A model generated the notes under the pieces. The model was not told where the DNA came from. It did not search any database and saw nothing but the letters and a program-made list of their open reading frames with translations. A stretch of 64,000 bases of DNA from Yuukianura sp. NJ FZ-2021 (Eukaryota), in contig CM102288.1 in assembly GCA_046563655.1 (NCBI GenBank), positions 5,642,001 through 5,706,000 of the forward strand, read 5' to 3'. Below, in pieces: positions 1 through 13,257 of this stretch. Made by a program: the position numbers and the translations under genes. The stretch's first letter is position 1. Each line of letters begins with the position of its first letter.

Positions 1-768
1 GCCAGTTTTCTATGGAAAAATACCAGAAAAGGACCATAGATCGCAAACTCACCTGTCGTGTCAAAGGTCAAATTTTCACATAATTTATTTTAATTGTGAA
101 ATCTATGTTATCACGCTTGCTGAACTCGAATATGATAATTAAAAAATTCAAAAATCGATTCCTAGTTAGTTAATTAATTAAAATCGTTAATTAACATTTC
201 CCTAATTAAGGCTGCAATACAAGCATTAGGGGTGAAATTTGGTTGCTGAAAACGAATTTGACCTTTAAAATGCTGAAAAACCGATTCCTAATTAGTTAAT
301 TAATTAAAATCGTTAATTAACATTTTCCTAATTAACACTGCAATACAAGCATTAGGGGTGAAATTTGGTTGCTGAAAACGAATTTGACCTTTAAAGTGCT
401 GAAAAACCGTTAATTAACATTTTAATTACGATTTAAACGATTTAAACGAATTTAAACGATTTTAATTAATTAACTAATTAGGAATCGGTTTTTCAGCATT
501 TTAAAGGTCAAATTCGTTTTCAGCAACCAAATTTCACCCCTAATGCTTGTATTGCAGCCTTAATTAGGGAAATGTTAATTAACGATTTTAATTAATTAAC
601 TAATTAGGAATCGATTTTTGAATTTTTTAATTATCATATTCGAGTTCAGCAAGCGTGATAACATAGATTTCACAATTAAAATAAATTATTTGAAAATTTG
701 ACCTTTGACACGTTAGGTGAGTTTGCGATCTATGGTCCTTTTTTAGTTTTTTTCCATAGAAATGTGGC
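1..768. mobile_element. Long inverted repeat (fold-back/MITE-like) inside a GH1 intron
   Basis: About 1-313 is the near-perfect reverse complement of about 456-768. The left arm also has an internal tandem duplication of about 127 bp (about 154-280 and 281-408). It probably extends beyond the window start. Confidence 0.8.
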
Positions 769-929
769 AACGTCAAAATCAAGGGAAATGAAAATTTGTA
801 TTGAGCCATTCGGACGATGGTCGTGACCACGACATAGAAAAACGGTAGAAGTTCACCTACGGAAACACATTTTCGAAAAAGATTCTTTTTTGAAAATTTT
901 GAAATTGAAATTCAAAATTTGAAAGTTAC

Positions 930-1523
930 CCCCATTTTCTTGAGTAGTTTGACATCCACTGGGTATCTGTAGTAAGAGTCACAGGCAATGTCGCCCGTAG
1001 TTCCGTCCACCACTGGACTAGGCTCTTGATGTACAAAATCATCCCAAATACTCGGCCCTTTCCCGTCAGCATTCCAACCACCTAAAAACGTATTTCAAAG
1101 TAAGTTTCAAAATTTTGAAACAATTTTAATAGAAGTCAAAAATTATAAACAAATTTTCAAAATTTGTTTATGATTTTTGCCTCTGGCGAAAGCTCTTCTG
1201 TGTTGAACCTTTACCTTCGACTTGATACGCCGACTAAAAATCCAAGAATCAAAAATAGTTTAGTAAATACATTAATTTTTCTTTTAAATTTTTTCAGTTT
1301 TTCATTTTTTTTTTGTTGCAGTTTTTGAAATTTTTTTTTGTTGAAAATTGAACTTTAATGTTACCGTTCCTGCTCCCCATTGGAATCCTGGCGGGAACGT
1401 TCCTTTGAAAAACCTTCCATTGAATTGGTCGCGATACGATTCGTTGTGTCCACAGACACCACGCATGCGCGAAAAACTCGCCTGGACGCACAGGAACAAC
1501 AGCAGGCTGCGCATGTCTGTCAT
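930..1523 (-). CDS. Glycoside hydrolase family 1 (beta-glucosidase/lactase/myrosinase-like), 5' exons only; gene continues left of the window
   Basis: Exons 1523-1365 (signal peptide, FPPGFQWGAGT), 1233-1215 (19-nt micro-exon SAYQVEG) and 1081-930 (GWNADGKGPSIWDDF...GDIACDSYYRYPVDVKLLKKMG) give the GH1 N-terminal signature; GT-AG boundaries keep the frame. Confidence 0.93.
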
Positions 1524-2800
1524 GTCCGAGGTTTAGTCTGACTCTACCTGCTTATGCTCACGACGTACGAATCAAACTGACGATAATCAGTTTTCTAACT
1601 TCAAACTCTGTTCTAAAATTCCTCACATGAACCTTGTTCTAAAAAAAACAGAAAGGTGGAACATAAAACAAAAACACTTTTCTTCACCAGTTCAAAAAGA
1701 AAAGAAATTAAGCACAACCTGTCAATCCAAAATTTTTATAATGTGAACAATAGAGGTTGAATTTTGATTTGGATCACAACCTAATTTTGGAGTAACTGAA
1801 AAAATGAACAGTCGCCCTCAGCTTTTATTCGATTTTTGTCTAAAGGCATTGGAATCTGAAAATATTTCATAGCGTTTAGAATAAGTGCCTTAAGTGATTC
1901 TTATGATAGCATTTACATTTTGCTTTGTGTATTACAACATTGCAGGTTCACTCTGTAGTCGTTTGATGTTTTTCGTAATGTTGTCTGAGCCTTTCCACTT
2001 TAGAACTGACAATTGTGTTACACGTAAGACACTTCTGCTTCAACATTCCGTCCACGACGTGTTGCATGAATTTAGTCCAAACCGGATCTCTGGCTCTCCC
2101 GCACTTCCCGGTTTCTGGCAAGTTATTAGCTTCAAGAGTTTCATCTGCAACGAAAAAAAAATTTCAAAGTAAACCAACCTTTTTTTTAAAGTTCCAACTC
2201 GTTTGACAAAACTTATCGAATCTGTTTCATATTTGTTTCTTTAATTTTTTGTTTAAAATTAAAGTTTATAATTAAAGTTTGTTTAAAATTTTTAATTCAT
2301 ACACTCCCCCACCCCACGCGTGGCTTTGACCAATGATTAAGTTATAAGCCCACGACCCCGCTTCACTACGTTTTTGACTTCCGCGTTGCAATCTATTTTC
2401 CAAATTTGCTTAATTTAAATGTTACATTTTCAAAAATTAGTTACAAAAAAATCTCTACAACTCGCACGCAACCGGTACTTTTTTCAACAACCAATAAATT
2501 GCCATTCTATTTTGCCATCTACTTTCGTGTTTTCTACTAAACACTCTGCGGTAATAAAGTACATAGGTAGAAAAAGTTGTGGAATGATAATTCAAGAAAG
2601 TTTATTTAGCCAAATTATTGTGTTACACAAAAGTAAATGAAAAATTATCAAACATATTTAAGAAAAGTATTCTCCAACTTCTCTGCCATATATTTGATAT
2701 TCTTCTGGCTGCAAGTGCCTCAATTGTCAAAAAAAAGTGAGAGAAAAAACTCATTGAACATTGAAATATTGGAACTGTTCAAGCTGATTTCGATAGAGAT

Positions 2801-4985
2801 TCACTCAATTGTTTCACCGTTTGATTGTTTCTTAGTCTTTGTAGGCAAAACAGTCTTTGACCCACTAATACATGTCGTCCCTTTTTCTTTCTCAGCAATG
2901 TAATCTTTATATTGAACGGGATGACGGCGCTGCAAATGCTTGACCATGTTGATGCAAGTAGCTCCCCGCCCAATTGTACCACGAGAAACTCCCACAGAGC
3001 AAAAGCATTTTGTATACTTGGGATTGTCGGGGGATTCCTTGAAGAAATTCCAGATCGGATTTTTATACTTCCCAGCTACCACCATTGGCGCCTCAACTGC
3101 AATTCAAAATCACAAATACAGTTTTCCATTAGTTTTAAATCACTTCAATTTCATTCTCCACCGAATCTTTAATTGGATTTGGATCGCAACAATACTTTAA
3201 TGTCGAAATTTCCACCCCTGATGTATGTCGTATCTGTTGTAAATTTGTTGAAGTGTGTCCTTTTAGCACTCACTTTATCACCACAGTTGATACACTGTTG
3301 GTATTTTATAGTATTCGCAGTTGATTCTGTAACAGTAATTTCTTCATTGTCAGCCCAAACTGGGTCTTTCATGTAAACGATGCACTGAAGCCTACTTCTT
3401 AAGTTTACAAAAGTTCTGTTCATCACCTAATATACTTCGACAAATTAGTTGATGGAGCGGTGGCCAAGGAGCTTAGCCGCTATACTAATCGTTAACCTTA
3501 ATAGTAGGCGGAGGGTGGGGTGGGGCTTCGTTTCAAACAAGTACGTCTGCTAGTATAGACAGACCAAGGTTGTCACCATAGGTTACACCATACCATAACT
3601 CCGATTTTTTTAAAAACACGAAAAACTACCTTTTGGACGAATTTTGTTTTCCCACATATGAATTCAAGTGGGATTAATTTCACACCCAAATTCCGGTGGC
3701 ATTTAACCATAAACGATAATATTGTTTTTGCCAGATTAAAAGAAAACAGGACTTGTTCACTTATTAGGTAAACGGTAAGATTACTAAAAGAGATAATCGT
3801 TACCTGTAGATGTTTCTGCAGCCGAACCAGCAACCTCCGATTCCTTCTTCAGTGGGACTAAATCGACGGCGAAGTCAGCATGCTTACGCTTGAGATGTCT
3901 GTGGAGAACCGTTATCCCATTTCCTTTCTTTACTTTCAGAACAGTTTGCACCCCGCCTTCATCGCAAAGTTTGCACAGTGCCGACTCCCCATTCTCCTCT
4001 CGCAAGTAATATTTCCAGACCGGAGTTCTGGTAGCAAGCTGGCCCGGTTTCGCTGGTTCCTCAGAGTAGTAATCTACAAACACCATCCTCTCCATGGTGT
4101 AATCCTCAGTGTTCTCTTCTAAATGAATTAAAGGATTTCGGTGTTGAAAGTTTGTCTTCCCTCACTGTTTTACTATAAGTTAAGACATGGGTAGGCTAAA
4201 TACCATTGCTATCCTCCCCATCAGCATCAGCATCTCCAGTACCAATGTCGCCTTCATCCCCAAAGGTATCAAGTGGAACTGGATCCTCTTGTGGGCTAGC
4301 ATCAGAAGCAGATTCTGAATCAGATTCACCTAAAAAAGAAAAGGAACCGTTTATTACAAGATGAGGAAGTGTTCAATATAGAAATTATCAAATCACAAAA
4401 ACAGAAATAGTATCTAAGAAGGTGATCTTACCATGTTCTCGATACCTAGATTTCACTTTCTTTTGACGATCCCTTCTTGCAGAGGCGCTCGAGGCTTTCC
4501 GTTTTGTGGATGATCCTTGTCCGGGTCCGGTACTCTTCAGCGGTTTCTCGGCAGCTTGATCATCATGAATACTCAAATGAATGTCATTTTCCCCATCATC
4601 AGTAAACTTCAGACATAGCCCACTGGCAACCAGATCCGGAATGTTCTTCCAATGGGACAACACATTCTCATGAAGTGCCTGCTCTCGTTCTATCTGCTTC
4701 TTCTGAACTGTGAACATTTCTGCTAGATGAAAAGGAATAAGTCATACGTACCACAATTCTTTAAATAACAAGGTAAACTGTGATATACTAACCATTCCTC
4801 GTAGATAAGATCTGCTGCACGATGCTCATTTTCATGTCCATTTCTGCTCGAAACGTTTTGAGTTCATTTTCGAGTTGTGACACTTTTTCTTGTAATAATT
4901 TAACATCCTGGCGGGTACTTCCGGAATCAGAAATGTTCTCGTCGTTTCGTGTCTTGTCAAAACGATTCGAAGATCTCAAGCTCAT
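2801..4985 (-). CDS. Multi-exon protein with coiled-coil, basic and acidic regions and one or two BED zinc fingers (ZBED-like)
   Basis: Phase-1 exons 4985-4793, 4722-4432, 4329-4204, 4118-3804 (TPVWKYY...ALCKLC...LHRHLKRKH) and 3096-2801 (NPIWNFF...KCFCS...MVKHLQRRH) join in frame at GT-AG sites. Confidence 0.7.
3169..3426 (-). pseudogene. Degenerate BED-finger-like fragment, possibly a hAT-type transposase N-terminus
   Basis: KDPVW...QCINCGDKVSAKRTHF resembles a BED finger with the C-terminal His/Cys part lost. Confidence 0.4.
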
Positions 4986-5188
4986 CGTGCTCGCAACTAA
5001 TGCTTCGTCGGAGACTTCTTCAGTCTGTTATTCGTCTTGTTCTTGCCCTTGTTGTTGTTGCTTCACTTGTCTTTTGTTTTTCCTTTTTGTCAAACTCAAA
5101 AAGGCTAAAATTAAATGGGCCTGACTAATCCTGTGAATCTTCTGAAAACTCTGAACCTTTTGTCTTAAGGTTTGGTTCATACCGCCTA

Positions 5189-7803
5189 TCACCGTACTTC
5201 TATACAAGTTAGAACTGAAATAGGTTGCTTATCATGTTCTGTTCTATGTTTGACTTCATCCGACGATTCTACACCAACGTTGACCTCTGGAAACTCAGCC
5301 GGCGGTGTACGCATTAAAAGAAGTATGCCAATGTGTAGGGCCAAATGACGGCTACTCGTGTTCCTCCTGGGCATCAGTTTAGTCTTTACAACTGTTTTGA
5401 TTGCAATGTATTTAGGGATCAGAACGGATTCCACTATTGCACAACAAAGTGCCAAGAGACAACTAGCCGGGAGTAGTAAAAAGACAAACAATATTCTGGA
5501 GTCCAGGCTCAATTTGTTAGGCCGCCCAATTGGCACACCGTCAGAAAATGTACGTGCAATCTTAGCCTGGTGTCTTGTATCCAAGTAAGAAGAAATACTC
5601 ACACGACTAATCATAATACCAGATTCCGCGAGCCGCCTAAAACTCATTGGTAACGTTAATTTAGCGATTTCACCACCGCCTATTACTTCACTGCCAAATA
5701 CCAAATCATCTGGAAACATTGATTTGTCCAAGAAAAAGTAGAATTGTCTTGACACATTTCTTCCAAAAATTGCTTCAGCTTGATATTCATAGAATTTTTC
5801 GGCGTCAGAAATACTCATGTATGTGGCTTGGATTCCAAATTCCTTTTTACATTCTAAAAAGTTTATAGTATAATTGACATTACATGGCAGGATTCTGAGG
5901 TTCTCAAGAAATTTATACACAGAAGGCTTAGCCTTGCCCTGTTTCATTTTTTTCACTTGTAGACGCATAAGACCAGCCAAGGAATCGTACTGCGTACCAA
6001 GTAAGCGTGTTACGAAATGGTTAAGTGTCTTCAACCACTGAGATTGCGCACGAAGAGTTACGTATTCTAGGCAGGTTTGCCCGTCTTGTACTAATTCTGC
6101 ATCGCCAGCACGCAGTATTGTTTGTAGTCCACTTGGACGGTCACAACAACTCTTGTAGATGTGATACTTGTTAAGCGAATCCACAAACTTATAGTTGCGA
6201 GTTAACGCTTCTTCAATAGATTTCAACTCATATTCTGGAAATGGAAGTGCAAGTGATGTAGTGACAATGCCTTTGTAGCCATTTGTGAGCACTAGAGCCA
6301 TCAACAGAAATGTTACGGTAAATGCTTGTAGCCCTTTGCCTCGTATGCCTGGAACATTGGACAATGATAGGCCGACTTCCAGCAAGGTTGCATAGATAAA
6401 TACTGGTATATGATAAGATACGGCTTTGTACTGAGGGCATACCAAGAAGAATATACAAATGGATAAGAAAGAAATACACATCAAGATCCACGATTTTCTA
6501 ATAAATGGGAGCGTGTAGTCTTCGAATCCAAAACGTACGTCTTCCTGATGACAGGTGAACCCATACATGCGCATCGATGTGAACGGAAACATACGAATCT
6601 CACCAATGAAATTTCCGCGTGAAAACATCGAGAATGCTGCGACTATTGTACCTAAAAAGAAAATTTGCATATCGGTTTTAATGGCATTTCATTCTATGTA
6701 ACTGTACTACCGTAAAACTTCTAATAGACACCCGAGCCTCTATTTATTTTTCGAGCTTGCATTAAAGGCCCGGCTAGTATTGACGACCGGCTTTTATTAA
6801 AAGTTTTACGATATTCAACTAAATTTGGGTGTTGCATTAAAACTAAAAATAGAGATGAACCTTCATTTGGCATATAAGTTATTACAAATAAAGTAATGTT
6901 ACCCGCGTTTTCATAACTGGGACTGGCACTCTGATTGTATGGAGCCAAAACAAACTCACGCAATGATGACATCATAAAGCCAAGGAAACGTGGGGTTTCT
7001 TGCGACAACACCTTCATCGGAATAGTTTTGAAGGCTCGCTTGTGAACACGTTCGAAGTTGAGCAAAACTGGCAGTGCCGTGACATTTAAACCAGAAAAGT
7101 TCAGTATATCAAATCCCGGAACTCCAACCATAATTTCATATTTGCCACTTGTAGCTCTCACACCACATCTCATGTATATCACTCAAACTAGGATTCGACT
7201 CAAAAACAGCTTGTACTGGCCTTTTATAATTGACCCTAAGGTCTGATGCTGATTGGCAGCATTGAAGGTACATGAGTCGATTACAGATTGTAAACGGATG
7301 TTTTGCATGTGGTATGCCATAGCCATATTAAAGTTCACACGTCTAATGTTTCCAAGATTTCGTTCCTGTTTCATGTAAAACGAAGGCTGAAACCAATATA
7401 AATACAGGTAATGGAAAATTTCTAGTTCTTCTACAGCGTTCTGCGGGAAAAATGAAGTAACGCCGATGCAGTTGACAGTTTTCGTTGTGTAGTGAAGGTT
7501 GTCTTGTGCACAAAATGAGGGCGTGGTTGTTTCAGTTACATTGTCTCCCCTACTTACAACGGCACAAGAACTGTTTTCAAACCGTCTCGGTAGATACATT
7601 TTCCCGGGTTGACCTAATGTTAGTGCATGTGAACTGTAGATATTTGTGTAACTCGAGTACATGATCACATGGTTGTAGCAATTTGTCCAACTGCCACCCA
7701 AATACAAATCCAAATTAATTTGCTCAATGAATGCAGACTTGCCGCCTTTTCCAGTAACAAAATTGACAAACAAAATTACGTGTAAAATGATTTCGAATTT
7801 CAT
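5189..7803 (-). pseudogene. Intronless divergent ionotropic receptor (IR)-like gene, disrupted
   Basis: Signal peptide MKFEIILHVILFVNFVTG; IR-like motifs PF..WI...ISF (M1), LTNGYKGIVTTSLALP (M3), LAESGI and KLSLDS plus a final TM. In-frame TGA at 7183-7185; TAG at 6721-6723 followed by a frame change before 6670. Confidence 0.7.
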
Positions 7804-8289
7804 TTTTACATGTAAAATCTGAAAATGTCCGTGCCTCAAACGAGTGTCTCACAAAAATTGGATGGAGAAAGTGTAGATACTTCGACTAGAGCAGAGATGC
7901 TTGTTCGAATTCTAGCACGTCGCAACTACTTTCTTCGCGTTATCATCCAAAACTAATATAGAAATTTTGTTTGATATGTGAGAATACGACTGTAGCTATG
8001 AAATTCAAAAATGGAAGAAAAGTGAGAATGTTCCTTGAATAGTGACAACCTTGCTAACAACTTTCTCGTGAAGCATTTTGAGTGGCGGAATACTTAAATA
8101 TATAAATTATAAATTAAAACTTACAACCTAAAAAGCAACAGTCTTGATCATGTCGTGTGACATGCAATCTTTACCATCATGGCACACGTAAGCCTTCCCT
8201 AATAAATTAATTTTTGCTAAATTTAGATAAAGTAAGACATAAACCAGCGAAATTTTTAACTTTAAAACGAAATTTGGAAAACAAAAATT

Positions 8290-9597
8290 TCAATTGAAAG
8301 TGACGAGGACTTCGTCGATTGGTTTTCGTGTGAGGTCAGGGACAGTGGCGTCCTCTGCCGGGAACCCAACGGGGAACAGCAACAGAAGTTTCTCATTGGC
8401 TGGACGCCCGAGGAGCGCTTTGAGTGGTGGGCCGCAGTTGAGTGGGGTGCTTGTCAAGGTCACCAGGCCAGCATTCTGCAAGTCATTTTCAAAATTTCAG
8501 AATTTCAAAATTAAAAAAGTAAAATTTGAAATTAAATTTTAGTACATGAATTGCTGTGAGGAGTATTCCAGCAGCAATTGCTGTGCTGATTTCGTTGTAG
8601 TAATGAATTTTCTTGGTTCCATCTGGATTGAGTCCATAGGCTTGTTTGAACACCAAGATAAGATAGGGCGCTGTGGTGAGGTATTCTTTAGTCCAGTTGG
8701 TTCTCAGAGGTCGAAGGTCAGTGGTCCACTGGGCACCTCAACATACAAACAGTGACAAGGTCAAATATTAGGTTAAGTTAGCTTAATGTGGAGTTCCGTG
8801 ACCTTTGACCTACCCATTCTGCGAGTATAGTTGACTTGTTCCTCATCCTCAATGATCTGACGGATAGAAGCTTTTAAGTCAGCGTCCCCGACTACCACAA
8901 ACGTCCAAGGTTCAGTATGAGCTCCGCTGGGTCCAGTTGCTAAAAAGAAATAAATATAAAAATATGTATTAATATATTAAATGTTATATAAAAATTATAT
9001 TACCTGCTGTTCTGATTATGTTTTTGATGACTTCGAAAGGCACCGGCTTCGGAGAGTAGTAGCGTAGAGTGCGACGTTTGTTCATTTGTTCGTAGAAAGT
9101 CAATGACCTTTGGATCATTTCTTCTTCTGAGTATTTTGTTGGCAGGTCAAAGGGCACATGCGCAAGGTCTTCTGGCAGAGCACTTGTTAAGTTAAACTGA
9201 ACATTGTCAGGCGTCTCATCATAATCCAAGTCAGCCACTGGGAAAAATCAACAACAAAAATCCTAAAATTCAACTATTTCGGCTTCAGAGAAAACTAAGA
9301 ATAACTATAAAAGTAATGACTTTTTTTAAATTTGAGATTTATATGAGAGTAACATGTAGTTAAAAAAATTGGGTAAGGTTTACATTGGTCTGGAGTCAAA
9401 AATTTCTTGGCGCTGACCTCGTCACTTGCATTCACATTTACAGGGGTAACTTTGTTTTTTGTCACAACAAAAAAGGTGAGTATCGCTTTCAAAAAGTTGA
9501 TTTTGAAGCTGAATTGAAGTAACAAATATGAAAACACAGCCACGAATAGATAACCTCCATAAGACGCCAAAAACGGAAAATGTGTCTCCATGCCCAT
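8290..9597 (-). CDS. IYD: Iodotyrosine deiodinase (nitro-FMN reductase superfamily)
   Basis: Spliced exons give an N-terminal hydrophobic anchor, [61 protein letters not shown] and [16 protein letters not shown]...[23 protein letters not shown], all hallmark IYD motifs. Confidence 0.95.
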
Positions 9598-10425
9598 CAC
9601 AACTTTATAGCTTTTTGAATTCTTTAATTAATAACTCGTTTGTGTCTGAAATTCACGATAGAAATGGCCTCTTGTCTACCAGATGCCTACTTTAAGAGTC
9701 TTTTCTCATTTGACCAAAGCTTAAAAAAGCGAATGTTTTTATCAAACTAATTTTTTGTGTTGTAACAGTTGGTTTCTTTTAGTTTTTAGTGAGTTCAAGT
9801 GGTAGTGACATTTGGCAATGTCTTAATCGTAATGTCAAATATGATGCTACATATAATATCGTCATTGAGGAAATCCCGTTTTGGCTGAGTTTCTTAACCC
9901 AGTCAGAACTTCTCCAAGTTTACTTAACCATGATTTAAGTTAACCATCGATTTAACTAACGCAAACAACTTTTTTTTTGAAAGTTACAAAAATTAAAATT
10001 TCATACCAAATCTTTGCTTACGAGAAAATAAAAAAGCAAAGAAATTAAGCATGAAAAATGTTTTTTTTTTTTTTGCTATTTCTAACAACACCAATTTTTT
10101 CAGAATTGGGTTTCAGTTCTACTGCTGCTAGTTACTACTATTTGAAAGTGAAAAATTAACAGACAAGATATTCGTTTCATAAATGGAATTCGGTCACACT
10201 GAGCTAATCGTAAGTAAGTTATAGGACAAACAAATTCGCAAAAAGAACTCTTGGCTTGCTCAACGAAACCAATAATCAAAACAACTTTTAGAAGAGTTTA
10301 CATAAGCTTACATAGTTACTAGTTAATATAAATTCAAACACAATTCTCTGTTAATTATTAATCGAATATGACGACTCATCTTCTTGCAATCACTTGAAGC
10401 CGTTAGGTTGCCTTTCGTCTTTAAA

Positions 10426-12605
10426 TTAAGTTTCAGAAAGTTTTCGTTTCCTGGAGTCCTTTGTAGCTTCAATTGCCAGAAGAGAAGACGGCCCTGCTTT
10501 AAAAGTTTTTCATTTTTCTTTTTGTGTATGCAGAGTTTTGGAGTAAATTTCATTAGAGAGTAACTCACCATGTAACGATCTGGAAACCTTAGTAGCGATG
10601 CTAATTAATTCTGAGACTTTTGTTGACAACCGATCATCTTTAACGAGTTCTAAAAAGTCCGCCAAATTTTCGCGCGCATACCGTTCCAATTCGGGACTGT
10701 CGGCGACGACAACGTTTTTGCTTTAAGAAAATATAAAAAAAATCAAATTAGAAACTTTTAATTTTGCTAAGACGTTCCTTAGGGAAGTGTGTGGAATTTT
10801 GAAATTATGTAAATTTTGAAAGAGCTTACCCAACAATGTAGTCAATTGTATATGACTTGAGCCTATCAAGTCTATAGGTTATGGCCTGAGTCAGAACCTC
10901 TGCTGCGTTTTCCTGAGTTAAATTCTTAGACAAAATGGACTCAGCAACCGATTTTAATTTGTCCAGGCTGTAAAAATCTGCAATTTGAATAAATTCTGGA
11001 GCCAAGGCTGGAGTGACCACAGTGACGTCATCGGAGTACAAGTACTTCAACATTCCCCTCACAATTTCTGGAGAGAAGTCATCAATTCTAATGCAGTTTG
11101 TTGCCGCTTCGCTCATTGGAGCTTCTAACATGGCCTTGAACACTGGGCTTCGGCCTAGATTAAATTTACAAAAAAAAAACGTTAAATAAAAACTTTAAAT
11201 AAATAAACTTTAAAAAAAAAAATTGTTATGAGAAAGGTCAAACTGCGACGATAATAACAAACTCACCGGCTAGTATCGCTTTGTGAGCTGGAAATGTTTG
11301 CATTCCGGAGCAAATTGAAACGTCAGAAAAAGTGGCATTTTGAAAAATTAAATTCAAATCGGATCTCAACGTAAACGGAGCATTGCTTTCCAGTACTTCT
11401 GATCCATTGCCGGATTGTGGCACTGGACTCCTCATCAAGCGTAACTGGATTCTGAGGTTGCCGTTGTGCAGTAAACATTCCAATCGGTCATTTAGGTCAA
11501 ATGTGAGTTTATGCCACCAAGTTTTGCAACTATCACTAAAGTTGACCGGAGTTTCTTTTTAACACACAAAAATGGTTAAATATGACAACACATGAGTTTT
11601 TACAAAAGTACAACTTAAAACGATACTATAACACCCAAGGTTGCTTAAAGCAAAATTTTGTTTATTTTTTCTTAGCAGGTTGTGCCATAACTCCTGTTTT
11701 AAAAGAAATTGTTGGTTTTGATTTTTTTTTCTTTGCAAAGTTAACCTGGCGTCATGTAAAGCAAATGGGATTTGTACAAAATTTGTTTTTTCGTAATTTT
11801 TTGAAAAAGTGAGTTATGGCAGAACCTGTTACCGCATTTGTATAATTGGGCGCTGTAGCAACTTTGACAACACTTATAGTATTAGGTATTGTAGTATCGT
11901 TTTATTATATACCATATAGTTATATAATACCATAACAGTGAAACTAATAACGCGTTGTTATACGAACCTGGTTGATATCCTTGTTCAAATATTCTACCGT
12001 GCTTATCCAGAAAGTGTATCACGGGTATTTGGATTACCCTACCACACTGATCTGCCAAAGCAAAAAAAAAAACAAAATTTTGCGTATACATTCACTATAT
12101 GTATGCTTATTTTACCATTAATGCAACTTAATGCAACGTTTTCCAAACATAAAAAGTCAGTGAATAGGTATGCATATTATATGTTTTAAACTGTAAGGTA
12201 TTTACCGCTATTTATGTACGTCAACCCTATGTGATCTTCTGAGTTGTCCAAATCAAGAAAAAGCTTCCTAAATAAGTTACAATAATTTTTAAGTAAGTAA
12301 AGAGTAATATGGTAATTCTAAGAAATGAATTATTCATCTTCACCATGACAACTTTTGATCGTCATAGAAACAAGTCGATTCAATTAAAATGCGATGGTTG
12401 GGAATGGTAAAGTCAACACAAGTCCAGACATGTACAAAGTCTTTCGGCTGAGTAACCTAACAGTAATAACACAAAATACAAAGGAAATGTTAAATTAAAT
12501 TTTGAATTTCAAAAATGTTTAACTTTTGTAAATTTGTTGCGAGATTTTGAGTGTTTTAAATTTTAGTTCATGTATAACCTTAGTCCAACTGGCGCTGCTC
12601 ATCAT
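10426..12605 (-). CDS. SPOP/roadkill-like BTB/POZ protein with a divergent N-terminal (MATH-like) region
   Basis: FSDVSICSGMQTFPAHKAILA / RSPVFKAML / IDDFSPEIVRGMLKYLYSD / ADFYSLDKLK / LTQENAAEVL; about 8 exons; last exon ends DSRKRKLSET* (NLS-like). The 5' exon boundaries are less certain. Confidence 0.82.
11616..11904. mobile_element. Intronic MITE-like element with imperfect inverted arms
   Basis: TAAAACGATACTATAACACC pairs with GGTATTGTAGTATCGTTTTA; internal pair CAGGTTGTGCCATAACTC / GAGTTATGGCAGAACCTG. Confidence 0.6.
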
Positions 12606-13257
12606 TGGTTATTTTGTGGGAAAATTAACAAATTGAGTTTTGCAGATAACGTTACACTTAAGATGTATGTATTGTGTTAGTTAACTTTCAATTGCAAACT
12701 GAACAAGAGAAGAGAAACAAGACAGTTTTTTTAGAAAATGGAGCAGAATGATAATAAGTTGAAGGGTCATTCTGAAGTGGCTTAAAAGGATTCTAGGAAC
12801 GGACAGTTTTCCTTTTATTTTTGGATGTTCAATTTTGGTTTTCAAGTTTTGTCTGTGTGATTTTCAAAGCATAGTTTTCAAAACTTAAAGCTTTTCTGAT
12901 TGGGTTTGGCTAAGGAAGCGTACATGCTAAATGATTAGATTTTCAAGTTTTGCGTTTTCTGGTGCACAAATTAACCGGGTTGTCAAAAACATAGTTTTAG
13001 GAACGTAAAAGCTGATGTTGCAGAACTTGTTTCCTCCATACCAGTTTTTTTTATTTAAAAACAAAACAAAGGCATTTTTAGAACGTAAACTTTTTAACTG
13101 GAATAATTTATCGATACACCAAGGTCCTAATTTATTCTTTATAGGAGTGGTCACAAAACAGGTTCTAAGAATACTCTAAAAGTATAATCTTAACAGTGCT
13201 GAAAGGAAAGTTAGCATCGGTGAAATGTTGAAACTGTAACGAAAGTTGTAACCATGT

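Noticed and set aside
154..455. Tandem repeats as a possible CRISPR-like array
   Set aside because: Eukaryotic intron, no unique spacers and no cas genes; explained by the fold-back element.
627..830. 67-aa minus-strand ORF
   Set aside because: Lies mostly within the inverted-repeat arm in an intron; no protein features.
7183..7185. In-frame TGA as selenocysteine
   Set aside because: No redox motif or evident SECIS, and a second stop plus frameshift follows.
8290..9597. IYD in an invertebrate as novelty or horizontal transfer
   Set aside because: IYD is known across arthropods; the gene has introns and ordinary motifs.
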